DNA from: an uncultured virus (IMG/VR IMGVR_UViG_3300035150_000049)
Taxonomy: Duplodnaviria; Heunggongvirae; Uroviricota; Caudoviricetes
Direction: 5' to 3' (one strand)
DNA: 64,000 bases
Virus record (IMG/VR): IMGVR_UViG_3300035150_000049
The position numbers and the translations under genes were made by a program. Under the pieces are notes generated by a model that saw only the letters and a program-made list of their open reading frames with translations, did not search any database and was not told the DNA's origin. Shown here piece after piece: positions 48,281 through 56,388 of this stretch (position 1 is the stretch's first letter; every line of letters starts with the position of its first letter).

Positions 48281-48334
48281 CGAAACGCCCACACGGGCGT
48301 CTGCGGGAACTAGCCGCCCCGCACTGATGAGCTA
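48274..48334 (+). ncRNA. type II hammerhead ribozyme
   Basis: UAGC GAAA CGCCC ACAC GGGCG UC^ UGCGGG AACUAGCCGC CCCGCA CUGAUGA GCUA: complete core, three paired stems, GUC cleavage triplet ending at 48301. Confidence 0.92.
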
Positions 48335-48481
48335 GGCCGAGTACCTTAAAAATCAAATAACCGACAGCCCGCCGCGCAAATCGGCGTACTCGAAGCTGAG
48401 GGGCGACAATCGGTAGATGACAAAACGCGACTGACCGCACAGTCGATTGTGACGATAATGAAGCATACAGGAGATAAGATC

Positions 48482-48739
48482 ATGCCAGTTGATAAACGAT
48501 ACGGCGGGAGCAAATGGGACAAATTTATTCATCCCTACGAAGACAAAGACGAGGTTACGCACTATGCAGTAGCACAACGGAATGAAACAACCGGGCAGTA
48601 TATCGCGCCGCTAGACCGCGCGACCCAACAACTAACGGGGTGTTCATCCGAGTTCGCAACCAATGCAGCCGGTATCGGCGGTGGATTATCACTAGATGAA
48701 GCGCGTCGGCGCGCACGCTACTTGTATCGTGGAATCTAG
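48482..48739 (+). CDS. small early protein
   Basis: AGGAG RBS before MPVDKRYGG. Confidence 0.65.
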   Translation: MPVDKRYGGSKWDKFIHPYEDKDEVTHYAVAQRNETTGQYIAPLDRATQQLTGCSSEFATNAAGIGGGLSLDEARRRARYLYRGI

Positions 48740-48945
48740 TCGAAACGCCCGGCCTAAGCCGGGCGCATGACCCGTAAGCTCACCGCATCCACGCGGCGCG
48801 GGTTGGGTAACGCAGAGTGTGAGCGACACATCACCCGGCGCGGCGTTCCGGCTAAGGCTAGGACGTTCGGGCGGAAGGGATGGCGAGCCTGTCGGTTGAC
48901 GGCGAGGGGACCTGGGTGGGTGTAACCCCAGGCGGGTGATGAGAC
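48739..48945 (+). ncRNA. unclassified structured RNA with hammerhead-like ends
   Basis: GUC GAAA CGCCCGGC CUAA GCCGGGCG ... GUGAUGA GAC with several internal helices. Confidence 0.5.
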
Positions 48946-49763
48946 AGATCAAATAAGGGGAAAAATAAAATGGATTACTTGGACAAAGACCTGATCGCCC
49001 TGGCGCGCCGGATGAAGGCGTCAGAACTAATTTCGTCGGTCGCTCTTAAGGGCGCGGGAATGGGCGACCAGCAAAACAATATATGTGTGTTTGATACACT
49101 TTCGCCGCTGGCGGGCATAATGAGATTTATCCTTGACTGCGAGTGGTTTTATCCTGATGCGCGCGAACGACTGCGCGTACTACTGGAGGAGATAGAATGA
49201 CCGAGCTTATCAATAAAATCCCGAACGACGGAGCAGAGTGTCGGGTCTACCCCGAACACGGCAATGCCTGCGCCGCCGTTCTCGTTGTCACCGGTACGAC
49301 GTTAACAAAGGCGCGCGAGGGCTTCTATCACGAAGTTCTCGTGGGCAAACTACACAAACTAGCCGAGTGCCCGGCGTGGCTGGGCTTTTTCATCGAGGCT
49401 CAATACCCGCAAGCATACCGCTACATCACGAGCGGTGAGCGGTTGCACGATGCGTTTAGGGCATGGGAGGGCTTAAATGTTGTACCCCGTTGATGCACAC
49501 GGACACCATAACGACGCGCAGTATTGGCCCCAAGAACCCATGTGGCTCGTTGCAGCGTGGCGATTAAACCGCGCGGCTGCGCGTTTTTTCGATCTTAAAA
49601 TGAACGAACTACTCTCGTTGCCGTTCGAGGATCCGATAAGGGCATCCCTTGAGCACGTCGGCTTAGCCGCTGACGCCGAATCAGGCGACTTTATGAAGTG
49701 GTGTTTTTACACCGACATCGCAGAAAGCTTAGAGAAAATCATAGAATTAAAGGAGAAAAGATT

Positions 49764-51293
49764 ATGAGTGAAGAAAATAGTTTCGGGATTGATATGGCAC
49801 AGGTGCCAAGCGAGCTTGTGCCCTATACGCCAGACGAACAGGCGTATATGAGCCAGTTCAACGGCGCGCAGAATATCGAGCTTGCGTGTCAAGCCTTGGC
49901 GCTTCTGTGGCCGGGCGCGCGCGCCGTACTCAACAATCAATACTGGAAAGCCGAATACGGCAACATCGTTTTAAAGCAACTTGTTAACCTCTCCATTCGA
50001 TGGCGCGCCAATCCCATGAACGGCGAGATTTGGTGCTTACCGTCCAAAAACGGCCCGAATTTTATGGCGGGCTATAAACTATGGGACAAGCGTTTTTGGG
50101 AACAGTTTAACTCCGCCGACTTCCAAATTTCATATGAAATTATCGAAGACCCTGAGCGCAAGGTTACGCTTGGCGCAAGCCAACGCGACGTTTTGGTTCA
50201 CTGCGTTCTCAAGCGCAAGGACCACGGCGGCTATATGGACAATCTAGAGCGCGCGATTGAGATTGTAAAGCTGGCCGGCGTGACCGGCGTTGAGGTATTG
50301 ACCGAAGCGCGAAAGATGGTCGAAGACCCGTCGAGCGTATACGACGGATGGGGATGTGTCAATCCCGGTACAGATCAATCGAAGATTTACGACCCGCGCC
50401 AGCACGCGCAAGACTTGGCACGAAAAAACGCTTACCGCACGCTGGGCGTTGATGTTACGCAAGCGCCCCCTGACGCCGCGTACCGCGAAGACTATAAGTT
50501 ACGGCTGACAGCAACTGTCGAACAGCAAGCTATTATCGAGCACCGCGAGCTTACTACTGGCGAACAACAGCAGATTCACGAACATGCCCGCGAGGTTGCC
50601 GAACGGCTTGCCCCAAAAGGAAGCGCCGGTTCTGAAAAGGAACCGGCCTATCGCGTTCGCCAGGAAATCGCAGATTACGTTGAACAAAATCGCTATACAT
50701 TAGCCGGGTCGGTGTCAAAGAAACAGCGCGGGATGGTCGCTGGGAAGCTTACCGAGCTTGTTGGAGAAGCCGCAAGGGTCGAGCTACTCGAATGGCTGAG
50801 CGGGCAAACGTCAACCGCCGACCTTACGAAGGCACAGGCGTCGGGTATCATCGAATGGGCAATGACCGAAAGAGCGAAAGAAGAAGCAGCGGAATGCCTA
50901 CGCGCGTTTGCGCTTCAGCGTGGGCAAGTAGATGTGTTCACGGGCGAAATCACCGAAGGTGAGATCGTTGAAGATGAGAAAAACGGCAAGGGCGAGCCGG
51001 TTGATATTCTCACCGAAGACATCGAAGACGCGCGCGTTGAAATGGAGGCCGCGCCAACGCTGCCGGAGGCGGTGGCAAGTGCACTGGGCATCACCATCGA
51101 TGAAGCGGTGGATAAACTTGCTGAACTTGAGGACGCCGGGCTTGGCCTCACGACCGCCAAAGAGATCGTCAAATACCTTCGAGTAGCAGGTGATGAACCG
51201 TCCACGCTTGACAAACACTTCCCGCGTGACGAGCACGGACAGCCCGTTATGTTTAAGGAAGAGTCACAAGACATGAGCTATTTCGAAGACTAG
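49764..51293 (+). CDS. putative single-strand annealing recombinase (RecT/Red-beta-like) with acidic C-terminus
   Basis: ANPMNGEIWCL...MAGY and ARKNAYR resemble the RecT core; weak similarity. Confidence 0.45.
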   Translation: MSEENSFGIDMAQVPSELVPYTPDEQAYMSQFNGAQNIELACQALALLWPGARAVLNNQYWKAEYGNIVLKQLVNLSIRWRANPMNGEIWCLPSKNGPNFMAGYKLWDKRFWEQFNSADFQISYEIIEDPERKVTLGASQRDVLVHCVLKRKDHGGYMDNLERAIEIVKLAGVTGVEVLTEARKMVEDPSSVYDGWGCVNPGTDQSKIYDPRQHAQDLARKNAYRTLGVDVTQAPPDAAYREDYKLRLTATVEQQAIIEHRELTTGEQQQIHEHAREVAERLAPKGSAGSEKEPAYRVRQEIADYVEQNRYTLAGSVSKKQRGMVAGKLTELVGEAARVELLEWLSGQTSTADLTKAQASGIIEWAMTERAKEEAAECLRAFALQRGQVDVFTGEITEGEIVEDEKNGKGEPVDILTEDIEDARVEMEAAPTLPEAVASALGITIDEAVDKLAELEDAGLGLTTAKEIVKYLRVAGDEPSTLDKHFPRDEHGQPVMFKEESQDMSYFED

Positions 51294-51332
51294 ACAACCG
51301 GGCGCGTGAAAGCGCGCCCAAAGGAGAAAAAA

Positions 51333-51482
51333 ATGAGATGTAACGACTGTAACGATAACGCAATAGTTTTTTTGCGTGCAGCGAACGGTGAATGCGGGTA
51401 TTTTTGCGCTCAGCACGCCGCAGAGTTCAGGACATACGCAGCTTACTGGTGTGGCGGGATCAAATACGAGAGGGTGCTATGA
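51333..51482 (+). CDS. small Cys/His-rich protein (49 aa)
   Basis: Manual translation MRCNDC...YFCAQH; AAGGAG RBS. Confidence 0.55.
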   Translation: MRCNDCNDNAIVFLRAANGECGYFCAQHAAEFRTYAAYWCGGIKYERVL

Positions 51483-51674
51483 ACAAAAAAGCGGTGCAAT
51501 TCGCGCGCGACAACACAGCTATTGCCGCGCAACTCAAGGCGCTTCCGGTCGGCCACGTTATCGCGCCAACCGACCTTGACACGATCTTCGCATGTGAGGC
51601 GTTGGCGAAAGAAGGAAAGATGAAGCGCGAAGTCGTGAGAGGTGCCATCAGGTTCACGAGAATTTAGAGTCATC

Positions 51675-51746
51675 GCCGGCGTAGCTCAAGAGGTAGAGCA
51701 ACTGGCTTCCAACCAGAAAACGCGGGTTCGAGTCCCGCCGCCGGCT
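51675..51746 (+). tRNA. tRNA-Gly(TCC), no encoded CCA
   Basis: Acceptor GCCGGCG/CGCCGGC, D arm GCTC/GAGC, anticodon loop CT-TCC-AA, T arm GCGGG TTCGAGT CCCGC, discriminator U. Confidence 0.9.
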
Positions 51747-52052
51747 TTTGGTCTTTAGAGTAACGCACAGGAGGCGCAATGCTCACAATTGACCGGCTTT
51801 CTATCGGTGTGGTAGCCGAGAGGAAAGTTTGTACATCAAAAGAAATCACACCGGCGCAGTGTGTAAATCCGTTAAAGGACCGTATATGTTTGCTGTCGCG
51901 TTCGTGTCGCGCCGCTACCACTGACGGCGCGATGGCAAAAAAATCGGCATGGCGATAAGCCGAGTTATATCATCTTCGCCCGGCGTGAAAGCGCCGGGCA
52001 CACTATCTGAAAAATCCGATAAATTGCATGTAAGTGACAAAGCTAATCTACC

Positions 52053-52117
52053 TGGCTGACGGGGTACGTCGATGGGACGCAGGAATGCGCAAGCGGGTTC
52101 GACTCCCGCCCCAGCCA
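52053..52117 (+). ncRNA. tRNA-like element (T arm plus acceptor-like stem, no normal anticodon loop)
   Basis: TGGCTG...CAGCCA outer stem; GCGGG TTCGACT CCCGC; CGCA GGAA TGCG hairpin. Confidence 0.55.
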
Positions 52118-52199
52118 CTCCCCGCCGTTGTTCTTTTTAACCGTGGGGGTTTGCTAAGACGCGGCGGGATTTTTTGAAATGAAAATAGGAGAAAAGATA

Positions 52200-52619
52200 A
52201 TGACAGATGCTTCAACAGAGCAAGAACTCCGAGAACTTGAGTCGCAAATCCAGGCGCTTGCCGACGTGTACCGGCGCGCCTACGATGAAATCAAAGCGGT
52301 GAAACGGCAAGTCGAGCCGCAGATGGACGCGGCGAAAGAAGCCCTGGGGCCGCTGATGGAGCGGTATCGGGAGATCACCGGCGGCAACTACGCCGACGCT
52401 CTGGGCTACGTCCAGGTGCGCGCCGGGCAATCGAAGATCAAATATGATATCGCGCCGATTTTGAAACGGTGGCAGGAAGACCCGATCACTTATCACTACG
52501 TCGCCGGGGCATTGAAGCTCGACGAGAAAGTGTTGGACAAGGCGCGCAAAGACGGCGCGGCGTGGCTTGAGCAGTATCGGGAAGAAACGGCGGGGAAGTC
52601 GTCGTTAGCGATTAAGTGA
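52200..52619 (+). CDS. coiled-coil protein, possibly Gam/Gp157-like
   Basis: N-terminal coiled coil, GYVQVR, KLDEK; weak similarity. Confidence 0.35.
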   Translation: MTDASTEQELRELESQIQALADVYRRAYDEIKAVKRQVEPQMDAAKEALGPLMERYREITGGNYADALGYVQVRAGQSKIKYDIAPILKRWQEDPITYHYVAGALKLDEKVLDKARKDGAAWLEQYREETAGKSSLAIK

Positions 52620-52625
52620 GGTGAA

Positions 52626-53156
52626 ATGATGTTCGCAAACTACTACCGAAACGAAGAAAAGACCGACCGGGAGCGCTATTTAGAGCGGCAGCTTGAGGAG
52701 TACCGACGCGAAGATGAGCGACGCACGGAGGAAGAATCTGAACGGCGCTACCAGCGCCGCCAAGAGATTCACGAACGCGCAGAGGAAGTGTTGCGTGATG
52801 CATCCACCTGGGAGGTCGCTATCTCGAATAGCTTAGTGTTGTTGCGGCGCGAGGCAGAATATGAAGCCGAAGCCCTCCGCGAGCTTGATATGACCCAAGA
52901 GGAGTACAACCTTAAGCACGGTGCGCCGTGGTTTGAGCGTACCACGAAGTTAACCGAGCGAATGCAAGAAATCTACAAAGAGGAGAGCGCCGCCGCTGAA
53001 AGCGAAATCAAGGCGCTCGAAGCGCAGATCGAGGCGGTGCGCATGAAGGTACTTGAGCGCACGGCGGACAGGCTAGAGCCTGAAATTGACGACGACAATC
53101 AGTACCTCGTGAATGCGCTCCGCGAGAACGAGCCTGAAGTTTTAGTGAATTGGTGA
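52626..53156 (+). CDS. hypothetical charged coiled-coil protein
   Basis: GAGGTG RBS; Glu/Arg-rich. Confidence 0.6.
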   Translation: MMFANYYRNEEKTDRERYLERQLEEYRREDERRTEEESERRYQRRQEIHERAEEVLRDASTWEVAISNSLVLLRREAEYEAEALRELDMTQEEYNLKHGAPWFERTTKLTERMQEIYKEESAAAESEIKALEAQIEAVRMKVLERTADRLEPEIDDDNQYLVNALRENEPEVLVNW

Positions 53157-53162
53157 GGTGAA

Positions 53163-53675
53163 ATGATGAGCAATAACACTTACGCCACACTGCACGATTT
53201 GGCAGGTGATGCGTGGGAGGCATTTTTGGAAGTTGCGGAGGCCGCAGGCATCAGCAAAGAAGATGTGTTCGCGCTGGAAAAGTCGGCGGAATTCTATATC
53301 GAGCGCAGCGGCCATTACACCAAACGGCGCAAACACAGCTATTTGTGCGCGCTGAAGACCGCGCAGGATCGCGCTCGCTACGCCGCCTACGTTGCGAAGT
53401 GGCCGCACTACTGCCGGAAGTGCGACGGGTCGGGCGGGCGATGGCTCCCCGGAACATACCACTACCCGCCGGACTTCGACCCGTGCGGATGCCTGGAAGA
53501 CGGATATTGTCCCCGCTGCGGCGTGCTGACCTGGGAGCAAGAAGACTTCGACGGCGCGCCGGTGACCTGCCCCGAATGCGGGTGGCAGGAAGACGATCCC
53601 GACGAAGCGCCGATCCCGTGGATAGATGGCCCTTGCAGGTGCGAAGAAATGGAGTTACGGGCGACTAATTTGTAA
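53163..53675 (+). CDS. Cys-rich zinc-binding protein
   Basis: CRKCDGSG, CGC, CPRCG, CPECG. Confidence 0.65.
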   Translation: MMSNNTYATLHDLAGDAWEAFLEVAEAAGISKEDVFALEKSAEFYIERSGHYTKRRKHSYLCALKTAQDRARYAAYVAKWPHYCRKCDGSGGRWLPGTYHYPPDFDPCGCLEDGYCPRCGVLTWEQEDFDGAPVTCPECGWQEDDPDEAPIPWIDGPCRCEEMELRATNL

Positions 53676-53744
53676 TTTCGTGCCCCCGGCCTCGGTAAGG
53701 CTCGCGCAGGGCTGAGGTCGGGGGCTTTAAAAGAAAGGAAAGCA

Positions 53745-54257
53745 ATGTATGAGTTGGCTCTATATGCCGGTGCTGCCGGCGGACTGCTCGCCTCGAAATG
53801 GCTCCTCGGCTGGCGTACCGTCTGCTATGTCGAGTACGACGCCTTCTGTATCGAGGTGCTCAAGGCCCGCATCAGAGACGGACTGCTCGACAACGCGCCC
53901 ATCTGGGACGACGCCCGCACCTTCGACGGGCGACCCTGGCGTGGATGCGTGGATATCGTCACTGCGGGCTTCCCGTGCCAACCATTCAGCGCCGCCGGCA
54001 GACAACTTGCCGGTGACGACCCGCGCAATATGTGGCCGGACACCGTTCGCATACTTAGAGAAGTCCGGCCCCGATGGGCCTTTCTGGAGAACGTCCCAAC
54101 ACTGCTTGCCGGGTCTCACGGTTACTTTGGCCGCGTTCAACAAGACCTGGCCGAGATCGGGTATGCAGCACGGTGGGATTGCATACCGGCTTCCGCCGTC
54201 GGCGCGGATCACCGCCGCGACCGGCTCTGGATCGTGGTACACCCCACTGGCGGGTGA
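53745..54257 (+). CDS. C5-cytosine DNA methyltransferase, N-terminal subunit (motifs I-VIII)
   Basis: LYAGAAGG, AGFPCQPFS, FLENV, GADHRRDRLW. Confidence 0.88.
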   Translation: MYELALYAGAAGGLLASKWLLGWRTVCYVEYDAFCIEVLKARIRDGLLDNAPIWDDARTFDGRPWRGCVDIVTAGFPCQPFSAAGRQLAGDDPRNMWPDTVRILREVRPRWAFLENVPTLLAGSHGYFGRVQQDLAEIGYAARWDCIPASAVGADHRRDRLWIVVHPTGG

Positions 54258-54738
54258 TGCGACGCTGAGCAGTCCGTTGTCGCGCCAGGCGCGCTGGCCC
54301 ACACCCATCGCGCGAGACGCCGACAAGATGTGTACGAATTCTCTAAGTCGTTTATTGAGGACAGGTAGCAAACGAGGTCGGCTATATGCAACACCGACGG
54401 CGGCGGATGCAATCGGTACGACCGGCGGCGGTCAGCGCCGCAGTCTCCGTAATGACGCCGGCGGACAGATAAATCCCGACTGGGAAGAGTGGCTCATGGG
54501 TTGGCCGGTTGGTTGGACCGCCTTGAAGCCGCTGCCGAAAAGCGCGATTGACGATTGGTTAACAGGGCTGAGCGATGAAACATGGTGGAATATCGACCCG
54601 CATACTACGGGAGAAATCAACCGGACAGCGAGAACCGCCGACGTTCCCGACCGTAGAGAGCGTGTTCGCGTCATTGGACAAGGGCAAGTGCCAGCGTGCG
54701 CGGCGCGTGCGTGGCAGGTGCTTACAGATGTTATTTAA
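53749..54738 (+). CDS. C5-cytosine DNA methyltransferase, second subunit in an overlapping frame (TRD-like region, motifs IX-X)
   Basis: WYTP/WPTP/YATP repeats, INPDWEEWLMGWPVGWT, RVRVIGQGQVP. Confidence 0.75.
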   Translation: MSWLYMPVLPADCSPRNGSSAGVPSAMSSTTPSVSRCSRPASETDCSTTRPSGTTPAPSTGDPGVDAWISSLRASRANHSAPPADNLPVTTRAICGRTPFAYLEKSGPDGPFWRTSQHCLPGLTVTLAAFNKTWPRSGMQHGGIAYRLPPSARITAATGSGSWYTPLAGDATLSSPLSRQARWPTPIARDADKMCTNSLSRLLRTGSKRGRLYATPTAADAIGTTGGGQRRSLRNDAGGQINPDWEEWLMGWPVGWTALKPLPKSAIDDWLTGLSDETWWNIDPHTTGEINRTARTADVPDRRERVRVIGQGQVPACAARAWQVLTDVI

Positions 54739-55178
54739 CCCAACAAGAAATGCTATTGCGAGAATTCAACCTGTAATTGTCCACCGTGCCCGGTCTTGTC
54801 CCGCTGCTCGCGCAGGGCGGAGGTTGGGGGCTTTCTCAAGGAAAAGGACGTGAGAATCAAGCTCAAGTCGCTACTCCACCAGCGCGCGGAGTTTCGCGGA
54901 ACCGTCGCGCGCTTTGGCTCCCGGCGCACGGAGCGTAATCCGAATGCACCGCGCGTGGGCACGATCTGCGTGGAGAACGTCGCGCTCGCTGCCACCGGCG
55001 AACAGGTCGCCGATCACCAATGGTTTGATGCCGAGGATTTTCCCGGCGTTCGTGTGGGTGATGCGGTGACGTTCGAGGCCGAGGTAAGGCATTACGTCAA
55101 AGGCGGGCGGTCGTACAGGGACCGGCGTTATGGAAGGGTAGCGGAGCTTGATTACAAGTTGTTTTTGGGAGGTTAAGC

Positions 55179-56039
55179 ATGGGTAAAAAATCAAAAATCA
55201 GTTGGACAGACGCGACCTGGAACCCCTGGCGCGGTTGCCGCAAGGTCAGCGCCGGGTGTGCAAATTGCTACATGTTTCGGCAGCAGCGGCGCTTCGGCGA
55301 CGACCCAACCGTGGTCATGCGCTCGAAAACGACATTTAATGACCCGCTGAAGTGGGCGGAGCCGCAGCGGATTTTTGTTTGTTCGTGGTCGGACTTCTTC
55401 ATTGAGGACGCCGATGAATGGCGCGATGAGGCTTGGGCGATTATGCGTGCAGCGCCGCAGCACACGTACATGCTGCTCACAAAGCGCCTAGAGCCAATCG
55501 CCGAGCGCCTGCCGGACGACTGGGGCAATGGATACCCTAACGTCTGGCTAGGTGCGAGCGTTGAAAATCAGCGCGTCGCCGACGAACGAATACCGCTATT
55601 GCTGCAACTGCCGGCGGCGGTGCGGTTCTTGAGTTGTGAGCCGCTTTTGGGTGCGGTGGACCTGAATGAGTACATCAAGTTAACGGCAGATAACAGCACG
55701 GACGAACACTTCGAGCGCGAGCACTGGGGTTACGACGATTGGAGCGGGGGATTCATGTGTCGCGCTACTACTGGCGATGACTCCTGTTACGACCCGCAGG
55801 AAGGCATTCATTGGGTCATCGCCGGCGGCGAGTCAGGGCCAGGATACCGCCCGATGGGCATGGCATGGGCACGGTCGCTGCGCGATCAGTGTCAAGAAGG
55901 CGGTGTGCCGTTTTTCTTCAAACAGCAGGCAGCATATCGGAGCGAACAAGCACCATACATTGTCGAAGAAGATGGTCGCCATACAGAGTATCAACAAATG
56001 CCGGACTTAGTGATACCGGCAGAGGAGATAAAGCAGTGA
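55179..56039 (+). CDS. DUF5131 / phage Gp37-Gp68 family protein
   Basis: ISWTDATWNPWRGCRKVSAGCANCY, LLTKR, FLSCEPLL, WVIAGGESG, FFFKQ. Confidence 0.9.
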   Translation: MGKKSKISWTDATWNPWRGCRKVSAGCANCYMFRQQRRFGDDPTVVMRSKTTFNDPLKWAEPQRIFVCSWSDFFIEDADEWRDEAWAIMRAAPQHTYMLLTKRLEPIAERLPDDWGNGYPNVWLGASVENQRVADERIPLLLQLPAAVRFLSCEPLLGAVDLNEYIKLTADNSTDEHFEREHWGYDDWSGGFMCRATTGDDSCYDPQEGIHWVIAGGESGPGYRPMGMAWARSLRDQCQEGGVPFFFKQQAAYRSEQAPYIVEEDGRHTEYQQMPDLVIPAEEIKQ

Positions 56040-56388
56040 TCGTATACATAGACACCAATAATGTTCACGACGCCGTTGTCGTGCTCGAAAACGTCGTCGA
56101 TTACTTGGTCGCAGTCGAAGCGGACCAGGAACCGGTGCCACATTATTTGTATGCAAACAACGGCGATGTACACGAACCGGAAGGCCTCGTGTACGCCGAA
56201 CAAAAACCGTGCGGCTGCATCGGCGAGTTCGCTACCGGGCGCGGTCAATACGCGCGCCTTGACGCCGACGAAGAAATCGCCCGGATCATCCGCGAAGGCG
56301 GCGCGATTGCCGTGCTGCCCGTCGAGATGGTACGCGGTGAGTCGTGCCCGATCTGCGCGGGCCAGATGCCGCTGGGTGAGGTGGCATA

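Larger units (their letters stand above)
53700..54834. repeat. 29-bp imperfect direct repeats flanking the C5 methyltransferase cassette
   Basis: GCTCGCGCAGGGC(T/G)GAGGT(C/T)GGGGGCTTT at 53700-53728 and 54806-54834; 27/29 identical. Confidence 0.85.

Noticed and set aside
48739..48945. Calling this a second canonical hammerhead, or a twister/pistol/hatchet ribozyme
   Set aside because: The core has GCA instead of NUH and G3 without a compensating C8; the other consensus cores could not be fitted by eye.
51747..51800. HDV-like (theta) ribozyme after the tRNA
   Set aside because: No nested double-pseudoknot pattern; the region leads into an AGGAGG RBS and a short ORF.
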